From Desulfocapsa sp. (GTDB taxonomy: Bacteria > Desulfobacterota > Desulfobulbia > Desulfobulbales > Desulfocapsaceae): 64,000 nucleotides of DNA. Position 1 is the stretch's first letter. The number at the start of each line of letters is the position of its first letter. The stretch lies in NCBI GenBank assembly GCA_022712975.1, contig JAFLJO010000072.1, positions 1,294 to 65,293 of the forward strand, read 5' to 3'. The position numbers and the translations under genes are program-made. Positions 11,201 through 19,939 of this stretch are shown one piece after another. Below the pieces are notes generated by a model. The model saw only the letters and a list, made by a program, of their open reading frames with translations. It ran no database searches and was not told the DNA's origin.

Positions 11201-12460
11201 CTGCCGTACTTCAACACCTATTTTATCAGACTGAGCCATTTTAGTGATGAGTCTTGAATGACCCTCAACATCAACCTTACCAAGGTTTTGCGATGGGTCA
11301 ACATTCAGACGCCAGCCGCTGGTCATGGTTCCTGTAAGTTTATCATGGACAGTGAGACCGGTGCCCTGTTCATCCAGCCAAATTTCACGTTTTAGCTTCA
11401 GACGATTGGGGACGGGATTTGGATTCCCGCGACTCTTTTCCAGAAATTTCATTTCACTATCCCCCTTGACCAAATACGCCGGGAATCTTTTCCAGGCCTC
11501 CGGAAGGGAGGTACGTGATGGGTCAACAGGCATAACATCTTTGATCTCAATCTGGCGCAGTTTTGGGTCTGACGCAAATACCCATATTTCTTCCGAAGGC
11601 CAAGGTCCATCAATATACCCTCTGCCCAATGTTTCTGGAGAGCGCAAGGCGCTGTTTCTTAGTTTTAGCTGTATCTGCCATTGTCCTGGCCTTACCTGAA
11701 GTTGAAGTCTGCCTTTGTTGTCGAGCCGTGCTGGAAGCTGGGATTGCAGTGCAAGAGGAATGAAAGTACCCTGATTTTCCAATCCAAGAGTTACTTGACG
11801 GGGACTGCCCGAGACAGTGAGTCGAATGAGCAAATGCTGGATGAGAGGAACACCGTCTTCTATCTTACGAAATACCTGGACAGTAAGACTTTCCTCGGTA
11901 GCTGTTGTGCTTCTTTCTTTTTGCCTAAACCAGAGCCTGCCCTGTTCATCAAGTTGCAGATTTTTTATTCTCTTACCAGAAAGAGTGAGATGAACCAGGC
12001 CTGTTGCGGGAGGGATAAGGAGGTTTTCCGGGAGTATGTCCCATGAAAAGGAACCGGTGATTGTGTGTTTTCCGGGATCAAGCCACACAGCAGGGTGGCG
12101 CTGATCTTTACTGAGTGTAATTGTTTTCCCGTTACTCTTTACTTTTTTCGGCCAGAAAGGACTATTCCCCGGCAAGGCAACAAGACTTCTGGTTTCAACA
12201 AACCAGACTTGTGTGAAATGTGCCCCATCCTGCTGAACATCCAGTTTGAGACTTGAGGGCCAAGTGCAAACTCGTTTGCTACTGTTGCCAGTATCAAGGG
12301 TACACATCTTCTCTTCCTGCTCGTAGAGAACCCAGGGAATCCATTGCTGCAAGTCATCTGGAAATGTGTTTTCTTTTGCCAGAGTGAGAGATGGCAGCAA
12401 GGTTAGAATAGAGAGGATGAGGAATAGAAATCGTAGGGAATGGCTTAGTGATGTATGCAT
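8264..12460 (-). CDS. very large envelope/membrane protein of unknown function with internally duplicated architecture
   Basis: The long ORF is trimmed to the ATG at 12460, which gives signal peptide MHTSLSHSLRFLFLILSILTLLPSLTLA. Two periplasmic-looking modules are each followed by clusters of TM helices. The C-terminal tail is Lys-rich. Confidence 0.7.
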   Translation of the reverse strand: MHTSLSHSLRFLFLILSILTLLPSLTLAKENTFPDDLQQWIPWVLYEQEEKMCTLDTGNSSKRVCTWPSSLKLDVQQDGAHFTQVWFVETRSLVALPGNSPFWPKKVKSNGKTITLSKDQRHPAVWLDPGKHTITGSFSWDILPENLLIPPATGLVHLTLSGKRIKNLQLDEQGRLWFRQKERSTTATEESLTVQVFRKIEDGVPLIQHLLIRLTVSGSPRQVTLGLENQGTFIPLALQSQLPARLDNKGRLQLQVRPGQWQIQLKLRNSALRSPETLGRGYIDGPWPSEEIWVFASDPKLRQIEIKDVMPVDPSRTSLPEAWKRFPAYLVKGDSEMKFLEKSRGNPNPVPNRLKLKREIWLDEQGTGLTVHDKLTGTMTSGWRLNVDPSQNLGKVDVEGHSRLITKMAQSDKIGVEVRQGSLALNAESRINKTVQNGQLEIPALGWDHNFQQLSAVLNLPPGWKLLNATGIDNVSTWLNHWTLLDIFIVLIIGLATAKILGFGWGAVAILLLLLSYQQPGSPRYLWLPLLALLAIQKVITAKTGERLCRIGGFAILITIIVGSVPYMVNEIRVGIYPQLEFGNYHKITDNHRRDPGNQFMMDEASIDAEVTSQSSAIRSDSILKKSRMQKYSMPSSVSFERKTKTIQIDPQELIQTGPGLPEWKWKQIQLYWNGPVTPEQKMSFVFLSPRINTILAFVRVLLLTLLIGGFLRQCLVLGKTHKNSKKATTLGLFLCLLFPLSFTPQAAQAEIPSQEILQELQDRLLKPPKCGEHCATINSCLIQIDNDVLQVELQLDTLIRAAVALPGKDRFFDTILLNNKPAEILRLDSRGNGLIRVEPGQHTVLLRKELAGRQKVSFSFPLLPQHGQALLSDWSLNGLHADGRLDKQISLSRIKPVAKKETATEEDGNTFQIPSFVRIERTLHMGLKWTVTTRVIRRSLDTVIALNIPLLPGEHVTTEALHIQNNHVRINMAANQKTFSYYSAMEPVNNLLLTAPQTTLWTEVWFLDVSPIWHLETKGLPEINQTNPSGKRYPEYHPYPGESLTLLINRPKGVPGSTMTINRSKRIINPGLRSTETTLHFSLNASRGLQHSITLPADIDLQKSVINGREFPLQLEKNRLTIPIQPGKQDIEIGWRSKHGMDTKLVTEAVDIGIENVNTSIELNVPASRWILLTGGPQIGPAVLFWGEMLVIILFAVLLGRIKLTPLSTLQWLLLSLGLSQIPAVMAAIVVAWLLCLGLRKKRGKEITQAATFNGVQVFLVLLSFAALAALFFAIQQGLLGRPDMQIGGNGSNGHTLRWYQDRSDSLLPTAWVVTVPLLAYRISMLLWALWLAMALLRWLRWGWDCFSDGSTWKKAPPREKTVFKGKKKAATSAKAVPKRKIKPTTNVPLKKPTINE

Positions 12461-12599
12461 AACTGGAATCCATAGTGAATGATGGAAAGTGGATGAACAT
12501 CGGGAATAGAATAGCGTAGTATAGTAAGGAGTGGAAGGTTTTGTCAAATCTCCTTATTGAGTTTTGTGATTTTTGGAGTGCGGTGAGAGGCACAATGAA

Positions 12600-12609
12600 G
12601 GGGGGGGGG
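12600..12609. repeat. G10 (C10 on the coding strand) homopolymer upstream of the large membrane-protein gene
   Basis: Counted directly: GAAG + GGGGGGGGG + C. Confidence 0.9.
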
Positions 12610-12641
12610 CCAGAAGAAAATATGTCTGTAGAGTACAACAC

Positions 12642-12679
12642 AAAAAAAATCCCCAAACAGATTATATCTGTTTGGGGAT
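12642..12679 (-). terminator. rho-independent terminator of the OmpA-family gene
   Basis: ATCCCCAAACAG / CTGTTTGGGGAT 12-bp stem. On the minus strand it is followed by T8. Confidence 0.8.
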
Positions 12680-12731
12680 TTTCTTTGTATAAAAAAAAGT
12701 CGGCGGGCAAATACCCTATTGTTTGAAATGA

Positions 12732-13631
12732 TTATTTAGTAGGTGTAAATTCCACTCTTCTGTTTTTCGCCCTTCCTTCCTTTGTATCGTTGGAATATCC
12801 GGGTTTGAGTTCGCCATAACCGACAGCACTCAATTTTTCTGCCCCAACTCCTTTCATATCCACAAGATATTTGATGATGGCATTCGCACGTCTTTCAGAC
12901 AGATCCTGGTTGTAAGCTTCAGGTCCAGTACTATCTGCATGTCCATCAACCGAGATTTTCAGATCAGGCTGTGATATAAATACCTTTTTAATTTGATCAA
13001 GTTCAGCTGCGAATTCTTTCTTTACGACTGCACTATCAAAATCAAAAAGCATTGCGTTTGAAAATGCCCAACAGCCTCTGTCATCAACAACTACTCCGTA
13101 AGGAGTGCCGGGGCAGGCATCCTTATCATTTGTTACACCATCACCATCGTCATCACCTGGCTTGCTTATCATTGTGGGCACAACGGGTCCAGAGGCCAGA
13201 CTGTATGCACTCAGGATATTGTTCCACTCATAGCTGCCATAAGCTATGGCCTTATTCCCAAAAGATATCGTATCATTTGTGACTGTTGCGTAAGATGTGG
13301 TATTCAGTTTTTGTTGAGCGTCATCCAAGGTAAGTTGAAGCCCATATGCTGTCAAAATGGCATGATACTGCTTAGGGGAATAGGCGATAGAGTTAGTATT
13401 GAAACTGGATGTGCCTTCTTTGGTTTTTGCGTAGCTGGATGGCAGTTGGTCTGCCTTTTCTGTATCTAGCTGAAGCTCACAGGCTTGTAGTATCTTATTA
13501 AAATGGTTTGAGGAATAGAGGGTTGCCGCCTCGGAGAAGGACGGAGAAGCATCCTTGGGGCATTCAATTCCCATTGCGGGGGTGCTCATGCACAGTGCAA
13601 CAAATGAAACAACTAAGGTTTTTTTTAACAT
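12732..13631 (-). CDS. OmpA-family outer-membrane/peptidoglycan-associated protein with thrombospondin type-3-like Ca-binding repeat
   Basis: Start taken at MLKKTLVVSFVALCMSTPAMG. Contains DDDGDGVTNDKDACPGTP and a C-terminal OmpA_C block (GHADSTGPEAYNQDLSERRANAI...NRRVEF). Confidence 0.85.
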   Translation of the reverse strand: MLKKTLVVSFVALCMSTPAMGIECPKDASPSFSEAATLYSSNHFNKILQACELQLDTEKADQLPSSYAKTKEGTSSFNTNSIAYSPKQYHAILTAYGLQLTLDDAQQKLNTTSYATVTNDTISFGNKAIAYGSYEWNNILSAYSLASGPVVPTMISKPGDDDGDGVTNDKDACPGTPYGVVVDDRGCWAFSNAMLFDFDSAVVKKEFAAELDQIKKVFISQPDLKISVDGHADSTGPEAYNQDLSERRANAIIKYLVDMKGVGAEKLSAVGYGELKPGYSNDTKEGRAKNRRVEFTPTK

Positions 13632-13682
13632 TTGTACCTCTTTTTGTAATTTTAATTTTGAGTGAATAATGTGCCTTTTTTT

Positions 13683-13697
13683 AAAAAAAAAAAAAAA
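13683..13697. repeat. A15 tract (T15 on the coding strand), preceded by T7, in the OmpA-family gene promoter region
   Basis: Counted directly; 52-66 nt upstream of the start at 13631. Confidence 0.9.
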
Positions 13698-13852
13698 GAA
13701 ACTCACCTTAACATTTATTTTACTATACCATTTTCTTTCTACGAAGGTAGTACTAATCACTACAAAACATTTTTTTAAAAGTCAAGGGCTTTCCACGTGA
13801 GCGATTGAGCACCTGTGGGGCAGTTTTTATTGCAAGACGAAACAATTTACAC

Positions 13853-15202
13853 CTAACTACGGATCATTTCTGCTATCTGAAAGGCCACTTCAAGGCTCTG
13901 TTCTGCATTCAGACGTGGATCACAGGTGGTGAGATAGTTATTCATCAACTCTTCATCAATTATATTCCTGGCACCCCCCGTACATTCGGTAACATTATCA
14001 CCAGTCATCTCCAGATGAATACCGCCCGGGATCGTTCCCTCTGCCCAATGTATCTCAAAAAAGCAGGTGATCTCAGAGAGTATATCATTGAAGTTTCGAG
14101 TTTTGTGACCACTTGTTGCCGTGTAGGTATTGGCATGCATGGGATCACAATTCCAGACAATATTATAGCCCTCTCTCTTCGCTTCACGGAGAAGCGGTGG
14201 CAGGACTTTTTCGATATTTTTCATACCCAGACGAGTTATCAGGGTTAATCGACCAGCTTCATTCTCAGGATTTAAAGTCTCGATGAGCTGTTTCACATTA
14301 TCAAGATCATAGTCCGGCCCAATCTTCACACCGATTGGATTATTCACACCACGCAAAAATTCCACATGCGCACCATCTACCTGCCGGGTTCTTTCGCCAA
14401 TCCAGAGCATATGGGCAGAACAGTCATACCAGCCGCCGCCAGTTGAATCCTCACGGGTAAGGGCTGTCTCGTATCCAAGCAGCAAGGCTTCATGGGAAGT
14501 AAAAAACTGCGCCTGTTTCATCTGGGGACTGTTCGGATCAATACCAATAGTCTCCATAAACTGCAGAGCCTGATGAATTTGTTTACCCAGTCTTTCATAA
14601 CTTCGTCCCATGGGGGACTGCTTGACAAATTCCTGATTCCAGGCTGATACCCTATGCAGGGCAGCAAAACCACCACGGGTAAAAGCACGAAGCAGATTCA
14701 GGGTTGAGGCAGCCATATAATATCCCTCAAGCATCCGATTTGGATCGGGAATACGGGCACCTGCAATGGGTTCTGCACTATTCACCATGTCGCCCCGGTA
14801 GGACATAAGCTCAACGCCATCCACCATTTCAGTATCTGCTGAGCGGGGTTTGGCAAACTGACCGGCAATACGGCCAAGCTTGATAACCGGTTTACCTCCA
14901 GCATAGGTCAAAACAACTGCCATCTGTAACAAAACTTTCAGCTTCTCCCGGATACTGGGTGCTGTAACCTGAGAAAACGATTCAGAACAGTCGCCACCCT
15001 GAACAAGAAAGGCATCTCCTGTTACGGCGCTGGCCAGTAAGGCCTTAAGATCTCTAATTTCACCGGCAAAAACCAGAGGAGGCAGAGTGGAAAGTCGTTC
15101 AAGCACTGCATCATGTGCTTTCATGTCGGGCCACTTTGGCTGCTGAAGGGCAGTGAAGTTCTGCCAGCTTGTTTTAGTCCATTTATTCTGTTCTGTTCCC
15201 AT
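13853..15202 (-). CDS. class II 3-deoxy-7-phosphoheptulonate (DAHP) synthase
   Basis: 449 aa. The N-terminus WTKTSWQNFTALQQPKWPD and the blocks GGDCSESF, RIAGQFAKPRS and CDPMHANT are typical of plant/actinobacterial-type class II enzymes. Confidence 0.85.
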   Translation of the reverse strand: MGTEQNKWTKTSWQNFTALQQPKWPDMKAHDAVLERLSTLPPLVFAGEIRDLKALLASAVTGDAFLVQGGDCSESFSQVTAPSIREKLKVLLQMAVVLTYAGGKPVIKLGRIAGQFAKPRSADTEMVDGVELMSYRGDMVNSAEPIAGARIPDPNRMLEGYYMAASTLNLLRAFTRGGFAALHRVSAWNQEFVKQSPMGRSYERLGKQIHQALQFMETIGIDPNSPQMKQAQFFTSHEALLLGYETALTREDSTGGGWYDCSAHMLWIGERTRQVDGAHVEFLRGVNNPIGVKIGPDYDLDNVKQLIETLNPENEAGRLTLITRLGMKNIEKVLPPLLREAKREGYNIVWNCDPMHANTYTATSGHKTRNFNDILSEITCFFEIHWAEGTIPGGIHLEMTGDNVTECTGGARNIIDEELMNNYLTTCDPRLNAEQSLEVAFQIAEMIRS

Positions 15203-15250
15203 GACCTTTCTCTCTATTTAATATTATTATCACAAATACTTAGTAAGTAA

Positions 15251-15820
15251 TCACATGCTCCGACAGCAGATCTCTACATCAAAAGCATTTAAAATTCGCA
15301 TCTCCCCTTCTCTCTTCTTCCCTTCGACAGGAGGTCGAAACTCCATTTTCTTAAGCATCTCCTGCGCATGGGTGCGAGAAGGGATTGCATCCATCCCAGT
15401 GGCCAATACTTCACCTGTTGCGGTATCAAGCAACTCGGCATCACGTCCATTGGTTACCACCGCTAAGGGAATTTGATATCCTTTTTCAAGCACCCTTGCC
15501 GCTGCAATGGCTGATCGTTCCCGACTCACCAGCGAACCCGCACCATAACGGATAATAAGGAATATTTTCCCCAGTTCTTTCAAGCTTACTGCAAGCTCAA
15601 TTTTTGATCGTACAAACTGAGTATTGAAAAGGGTTTCAATAAAACAGCGTGGCAACAGGTCTTCCTTCTCGTAGCCCAGCTTTCCAACCATCATCCGGGA
15701 CAGTTCCTGACGAATCCGCTCATCATCGGTATCGGCGAGCTCTTCACCGGTAACGTAGTCGGCCAGAGTGCCATACACTAAATGATGAATTGGGGCTTCA
15801 TTCACAGCCATTTCTCCCAA
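15251..15820 (-). CDS. HsdR-N-terminal-like (PD-(D/E)XK-like) domain protein, function unknown
   Basis: The pattern TGEEL..TDDERIRQ...LGY...IELAV...FLIIRY...YQIPLAVVTNG...LLD..TGE resembles the HSDR_N_2 family. This is recognised from memory only. Confidence 0.5.
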   Translation of the reverse strand: MGEMAVNEAPIHHLVYGTLADYVTGEELADTDDERIRQELSRMMVGKLGYEKEDLLPRCFIETLFNTQFVRSKIELAVSLKELGKIFLIIRYGAGSLVSRERSAIAAARVLEKGYQIPLAVVTNGRDAELLDTATGEVLATGMDAIPSRTHAQEMLKKMEFRPPVEGKKREGEMRILNAFDVEICCRSM

Positions 15821-15880
15821 ACAAGAATGCCCCTCCTTTTTACAAGGAAGGGCATCGGCATAACTTCTTCCTACCAGATT

Positions 15881-16777
15881 TTACAGCTCAAGCCAGGATT
15901 CAGAAAAGACAGTCTGTCCTGAAAGTGCTTTGTAGGTTTTGTAATGCTCAAGGGCAACTCCTGAAAGACTGGAAGCACCTGGATCATCTCCATCCATCAT
16001 CGCATGAACCATGTCCACATGCTCCTGACGTTCACCTTTGCAAATTGCCATAAGCTCTGCATCATAGGAATTCACAATAGCTGTGGAAATTCCATATTTC
16101 ATGAGCATTATCAGGTAAGTACGATCAAGATATTTACGAAGATTTTCAGCAACACCATTGGAAACATTAGAAAGACCAACGGTTGAACCGGAACCGGGGG
16201 CGATATCCGGCAGCATCATCATAAACTCAAGACCTGCATTAATCTGATCAGCACCAAGGGTAATGGGAGTTCCGATTGGATCAAAAAGGATCTTCTCGTT
16301 GGGGATTCCACCTTCATTCATCGCCATCATCAAATCAACGGACATGGCAGCACGCTCAGCAGAGTCACGGGGCATTCCGTCAGCTCCCCAAAGAAGAGCA
16401 ATAACATCACATTTCATTTCAGCAGCTACAGGAATCATCTGTTCCATACGCTCGGGCTGGGCAGAAATGGAGTTCATCAGAGCCTGTTCTTTATTTTTTA
16501 CAACTTTAAAGCCGGCGGCCATTGCGTCCATGTTAGTAGTATCAAGACAAAGAGGAAGGTCAACAACTGCTTCAACAGTCTCAACAACAAATGGCAGAAG
16601 TTCAGTGCCATCTTTTCGAGCAGGTCCTATATTCAGATCAAGGTATGAAGCACCGGCAGCAGCCTCTTCCCTGGCCATTTCCTGAATAGGGCCGGGAACA
16701 CGATCCTTCATTGCACCGCCACTACGATTACCCATGATATTGATACTTTCTGCGATTGCCTTAACTGTCTGACCCAT
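15881..16777 (-). CDS. pterin-binding methyltetrahydrofolate:corrinoid methyltransferase (AcsE/MeTr-like, DHPS fold)
   Basis: 298 aa with YLDLNIGPA, LCLDTTN and LMNSIS blocks of the pterin-binding methyltransferase family. It lies next to a RACo-type activator. Confidence 0.7.
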   Translation of the reverse strand: MGQTVKAIAESINIMGNRSGGAMKDRVPGPIQEMAREEAAAGASYLDLNIGPARKDGTELLPFVVETVEAVVDLPLCLDTTNMDAMAAGFKVVKNKEQALMNSISAQPERMEQMIPVAAEMKCDVIALLWGADGMPRDSAERAAMSVDLMMAMNEGGIPNEKILFDPIGTPITLGADQINAGLEFMMMLPDIAPGSGSTVGLSNVSNGVAENLRKYLDRTYLIMLMKYGISTAIVNSYDAELMAICKGERQEHVDMVHAMMDGDDPGASSLSGVALEHYKTYKALSGQTVFSESWLEL

Positions 16778-16890
16778 TGTTTTCTCCTTACGTCTCTAGA
16801 TTATTGTTTGTTCTGTCAGTCCTTTTTTATATACACAAAAACATTAATTTAATCGTTTTTTAACTTTCTGTCAATTATGTGTATGATTCA

Positions 16891-16969
16891 AAATTAAAGT
16901 TTCTGTGGGAATTGTTTCTATGTCAGTTACCGAATACCAAATACCTTCTGCCCGCAGAGCAGTATGTTC
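16891..16969 (+). repeat. F1 dispersed repeat, single arm
   Basis: AAAGTTTCTGTGGGAATTGTTTCTATGTCAGTTAC + CGAATAC/CAAATAC heptamers + CTTCTGCCCGCAGAGCAGTATGTTC. Confidence 0.8.
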
Positions 16970-16981
16970 AGGGCGATACTG

Positions 16982-18916
16982 CTATCCTTTCTTTTTAGCC
17001 GATGGAAACAGGTTTATATCCGTATGCGGAAGAAAGAGTGCTGCCATATAATGATTCATGAAATCCGGGTTTTCTGAAAGTTCCATATTGGTCATCAGGC
17101 TTCGAACAGCGACTCTCTCACTGAAACGCTTATGATCGGTCAAGCTTATCTGACAACCGAGCATGGAGGCATTACCAATATAGAAGAACCGATCCCGATC
17201 AATATCGGGCAGTAAACCGATGGTAATAGCCCGCTCAAGGTCAATATAGGAACCAAAATTGCCAGCAAGTATTACCCGGTCAAGATCGTTAAAAGTCAAG
17301 CCAACAGACTCAAGTAAGGTCTGATAGCCGGCATACATGGCACCTTTTGCCCGAATGAGATTATCAAGGTCAACTTCAGTAATAACAATATCTTCACCTA
17401 TCATGGAGTCTCTGCCCCAGGCCAGAACATATTCCCAGCGATCCTCACCTTCACGAATTCGTGGATGAGTAAGAGTCCGGTTAAACTTACCCTGCGGATC
17501 AAGAACTCCTGCATCCAGCAGCTCGGCAACAATGGAAATCAGACCGGAACCACAAATACCTCTCGGTTTTGTCTGACCAATGGTAACTATCATCGGATCA
17601 TAGGTTTCCGGATGGATTTGAAAATTCTCAATGGCTCCCCGACTTGCCCGCATTCCATATTTGATCCCGCCACCTTCAAAAGCAGGACCTGCAGAGCACG
17701 CTGCACAAACCATCCAGTCCTGATTCCCAACGACAATTTCGCCATTGGTACCAATATCGATAAAGAGTGAAACCTCTTCACTTTTCTGCATCTGACAGGC
17801 ATGAACACCAGCCACGATATCACCACCCACAAAAGAAGAGATACAAGGATAGAGAAACATTCTTACAGAGGGGTGAGCCATAATACCCAAACCCGCAGCC
17901 TTGGTCAGTGGAAACTGACTCACACTTGGTACATAGGGCGCTTCCCGTAAATATTTTGGATTAATGGCCAGCATTAAATGAGCCATAACTGTATTTCCAG
18001 CGGTCATGATGTAACTGATGTCACTGGGGCTGATGATAACTTTCCTGCACACCTCTTCAATGATATTATTAATGGTGTAAATCACCTTTTCCTGTAACCC
18101 TTTAAGACCGCCAGGACGCTGTGAATAGATCATACGGGAAATAACATCTTCGCCATAACCGATCTGCGAATTATAGCCGGCTCCCTCCGCTATAATTTCA
18201 CCACTGTTCAAATCAATTAAAACCCCGCCACAGGTAGTGGTACCGATATCCACCGCAAGACCATAAAGACGGTCTGTGGTATCACCCGATTCCACAGCAA
18301 TTATCCTTTCAGGCTCTGTTTGTCCTTTTCCGTGGAGCAGGATAACAGTCACTTCCCAGTCTGCCTCACGTAGTTCCAGTGAAAGCTCATGGATGAGTTC
18401 GGGGTGATCATAACCGGGTTCAAGACTTTCCGGATTCTTTTTTTTCAGAGCACGCATTAAACGCTGCATGTCGGAAATATTATCTCCAAGGGTCGGAGGA
18501 GGAATTTTCAGGAAAACCTTGCGAACAGGTGGATTCACATCCCATGTTCCAATAAGCGATTCAAGGGATCGTGGTGAAATGGCTCTGGTGGTTTTAGGTG
18601 TTCGTTTTAAGGCCTTTCCATCAGCTTTTACCATGTCAGGAATGCGCACAGTGATATCGGACACAACTTTCGCCTTACATGCCAGACGCACCCCTTTGTT
18701 ATATTCATCCTGTTTCAGGGAAGCTGCACTGTCAGCTTCCACCTCTCCTTCTTCTATGATGACTTTACATTTTCCGCAAACACCATCACCACCGCAGAAA
18801 GCGTGAACATATACTCCAGCAGATGCTGCCGCAGTGAGAAGATTTTCTCCGTCTTCAACAGTGACGTGGACGTTGTCGGGCAAAAAATGTATAGTATGTT
18901 CCATAGAGTGTTTCAT
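16982..18916 (-). CDS. corrinoid activation/regeneration protein (RACo/AcsV type): 2Fe-2S ferredoxin domain + ASKHA ATPase domain
   Basis: The N-terminal CGGDGVCGKCKV...C pattern is plant-type 2Fe-2S. The C-terminal ASKHA blocks are LAVDIGTTT and IDIGTNGE. Confidence 0.8.
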   Translation of the reverse strand: MKHSMEHTIHFLPDNVHVTVEDGENLLTAAASAGVYVHAFCGGDGVCGKCKVIIEEGEVEADSAASLKQDEYNKGVRLACKAKVVSDITVRIPDMVKADGKALKRTPKTTRAISPRSLESLIGTWDVNPPVRKVFLKIPPPTLGDNISDMQRLMRALKKKNPESLEPGYDHPELIHELSLELREADWEVTVILLHGKGQTEPERIIAVESGDTTDRLYGLAVDIGTTTCGGVLIDLNSGEIIAEGAGYNSQIGYGEDVISRMIYSQRPGGLKGLQEKVIYTINNIIEEVCRKVIISPSDISYIMTAGNTVMAHLMLAINPKYLREAPYVPSVSQFPLTKAAGLGIMAHPSVRMFLYPCISSFVGGDIVAGVHACQMQKSEEVSLFIDIGTNGEIVVGNQDWMVCAACSAGPAFEGGGIKYGMRASRGAIENFQIHPETYDPMIVTIGQTKPRGICGSGLISIVAELLDAGVLDPQGKFNRTLTHPRIREGEDRWEYVLAWGRDSMIGEDIVITEVDLDNLIRAKGAMYAGYQTLLESVGLTFNDLDRVILAGNFGSYIDLERAITIGLLPDIDRDRFFYIGNASMLGCQISLTDHKRFSERVAVRSLMTNMELSENPDFMNHYMAALFLPHTDINLFPSAKKKG

Positions 18917-18994
18917 TTGTCAGAATTCAAGTGCTTTAAGTTAGAATAAAAATAACAGGATGTGGCACCATGTCAAGAAATATTATTTATACTT

Positions 18995-19939
18995 ATGCTT
19001 CACATAAGCAAAATTGATGAGACCGTGAAACAGAACACAAGCCGTAGCTTTTGGTTAAAAGCCTCTATTGACATAGATCCCTCTCTCGAAGCTGCCCTCA
19101 CAGACTATCTTGTTGGGGTGATGGGAGCAAGTGTTGAACAATCTGTTGATATAAGCGAGCCGGCTCTTTGCCTCAATGCATATCTAAAAGAAAAGAATCC
19201 AAGCATAATTAAACAGCAGCAACTACGGGGTAAACTTGAAGCCCACCTTAAAGAACTTGCAGCAATATTTCAAGTTGAAGAAGCACGAATTTCATGGGAA
19301 CAAATAGAAGATCAGGATTGGTCAAGCAACTGGAAAGTCCATTTCAAACCCTTTACAATTAGCGAAGGGCTGGTGATTGTACCCACATGGGAGGAATACA
19401 CTGTAAAAACCAACGAACAGGTAATTGTTATGGATCCCGGAATGGCATTTGGAACCGGTCACCATGCCTCCACAAGCCTCAGTCTGGACTTTATCAGGAC
19501 AATAATGCTTGCCGCAAACAAAGAGCAACGCATCCTTGACGTGGGAACCGGAACCGCTATTCCTGGAATGGGTGCAGCACTTTTTGGAGCCTCGCGAGTC
19601 CCTGGAATTGACAATGATCCCGAAGCAGTGCGCATTGCTACTGAAAACGTTACATTGAACAAGCTGGATTCTGTAATGGAGGTGTCGCTTGATCCGCTTC
19701 GGCAGATAGATGAACGGTTTGATCTCATTGTTGCCAATATCATCCATGATGTGCTCATCACAATGACTGTTGCTTTCAAAAATCTTTTGACTCAAGGAGG
19801 AGATCTTATTCTATCAGGCATCCTGCACGGTGAGCAGGAAAAAAATATAATCCGTGTATTTACAGACTGCGGCTTTCCATTTGTAGAGAAAAAGCAGCAG
19901 AAAGAATGGGTAGCCCTGCACTTTACTGATCCCTCTTAA
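18995..19939 (+). CDS. prmA: ribosomal protein L11 methyltransferase
   Basis: DPGMAFGTGHHASTSL and ILDVGTGTAI motifs. The start is uncertain: ATG 18995 or GTG 19025, and the track ORF begins at 18962. Confidence 0.8.
   Translation: MLHISKIDETVKQNTSRSFWLKASIDIDPSLEAALTDYLVGVMGASVEQSVDISEPALCLNAYLKEKNPSIIKQQQLRGKLEAHLKELAAIFQVEEARISWEQIEDQDWSSNWKVHFKPFTISEGLVIVPTWEEYTVKTNEQVIVMDPGMAFGTGHHASTSLSLDFIRTIMLAANKEQRILDVGTGTAIPGMGAALFGASRVPGIDNDPEAVRIATENVTLNKLDSVMEVSLDPLRQIDERFDLIVANIIHDVLITMTVAFKNLLTQGGDLILSGILHGEQEKNIIRVFTDCGFPFVEKKQQKEWVALHFTDPS

Noticed and set aside
12461-12710. Longer N-terminal extension of the large membrane protein (ATG 12547) and the 118-aa ORF at 12354-12710
   Set aside because: The extension precedes an obvious signal peptide that starts at the ATG at 12460. 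The 118-aa ORF overlaps the gene start and the poly-C tract and has no RBS or family resemblance.
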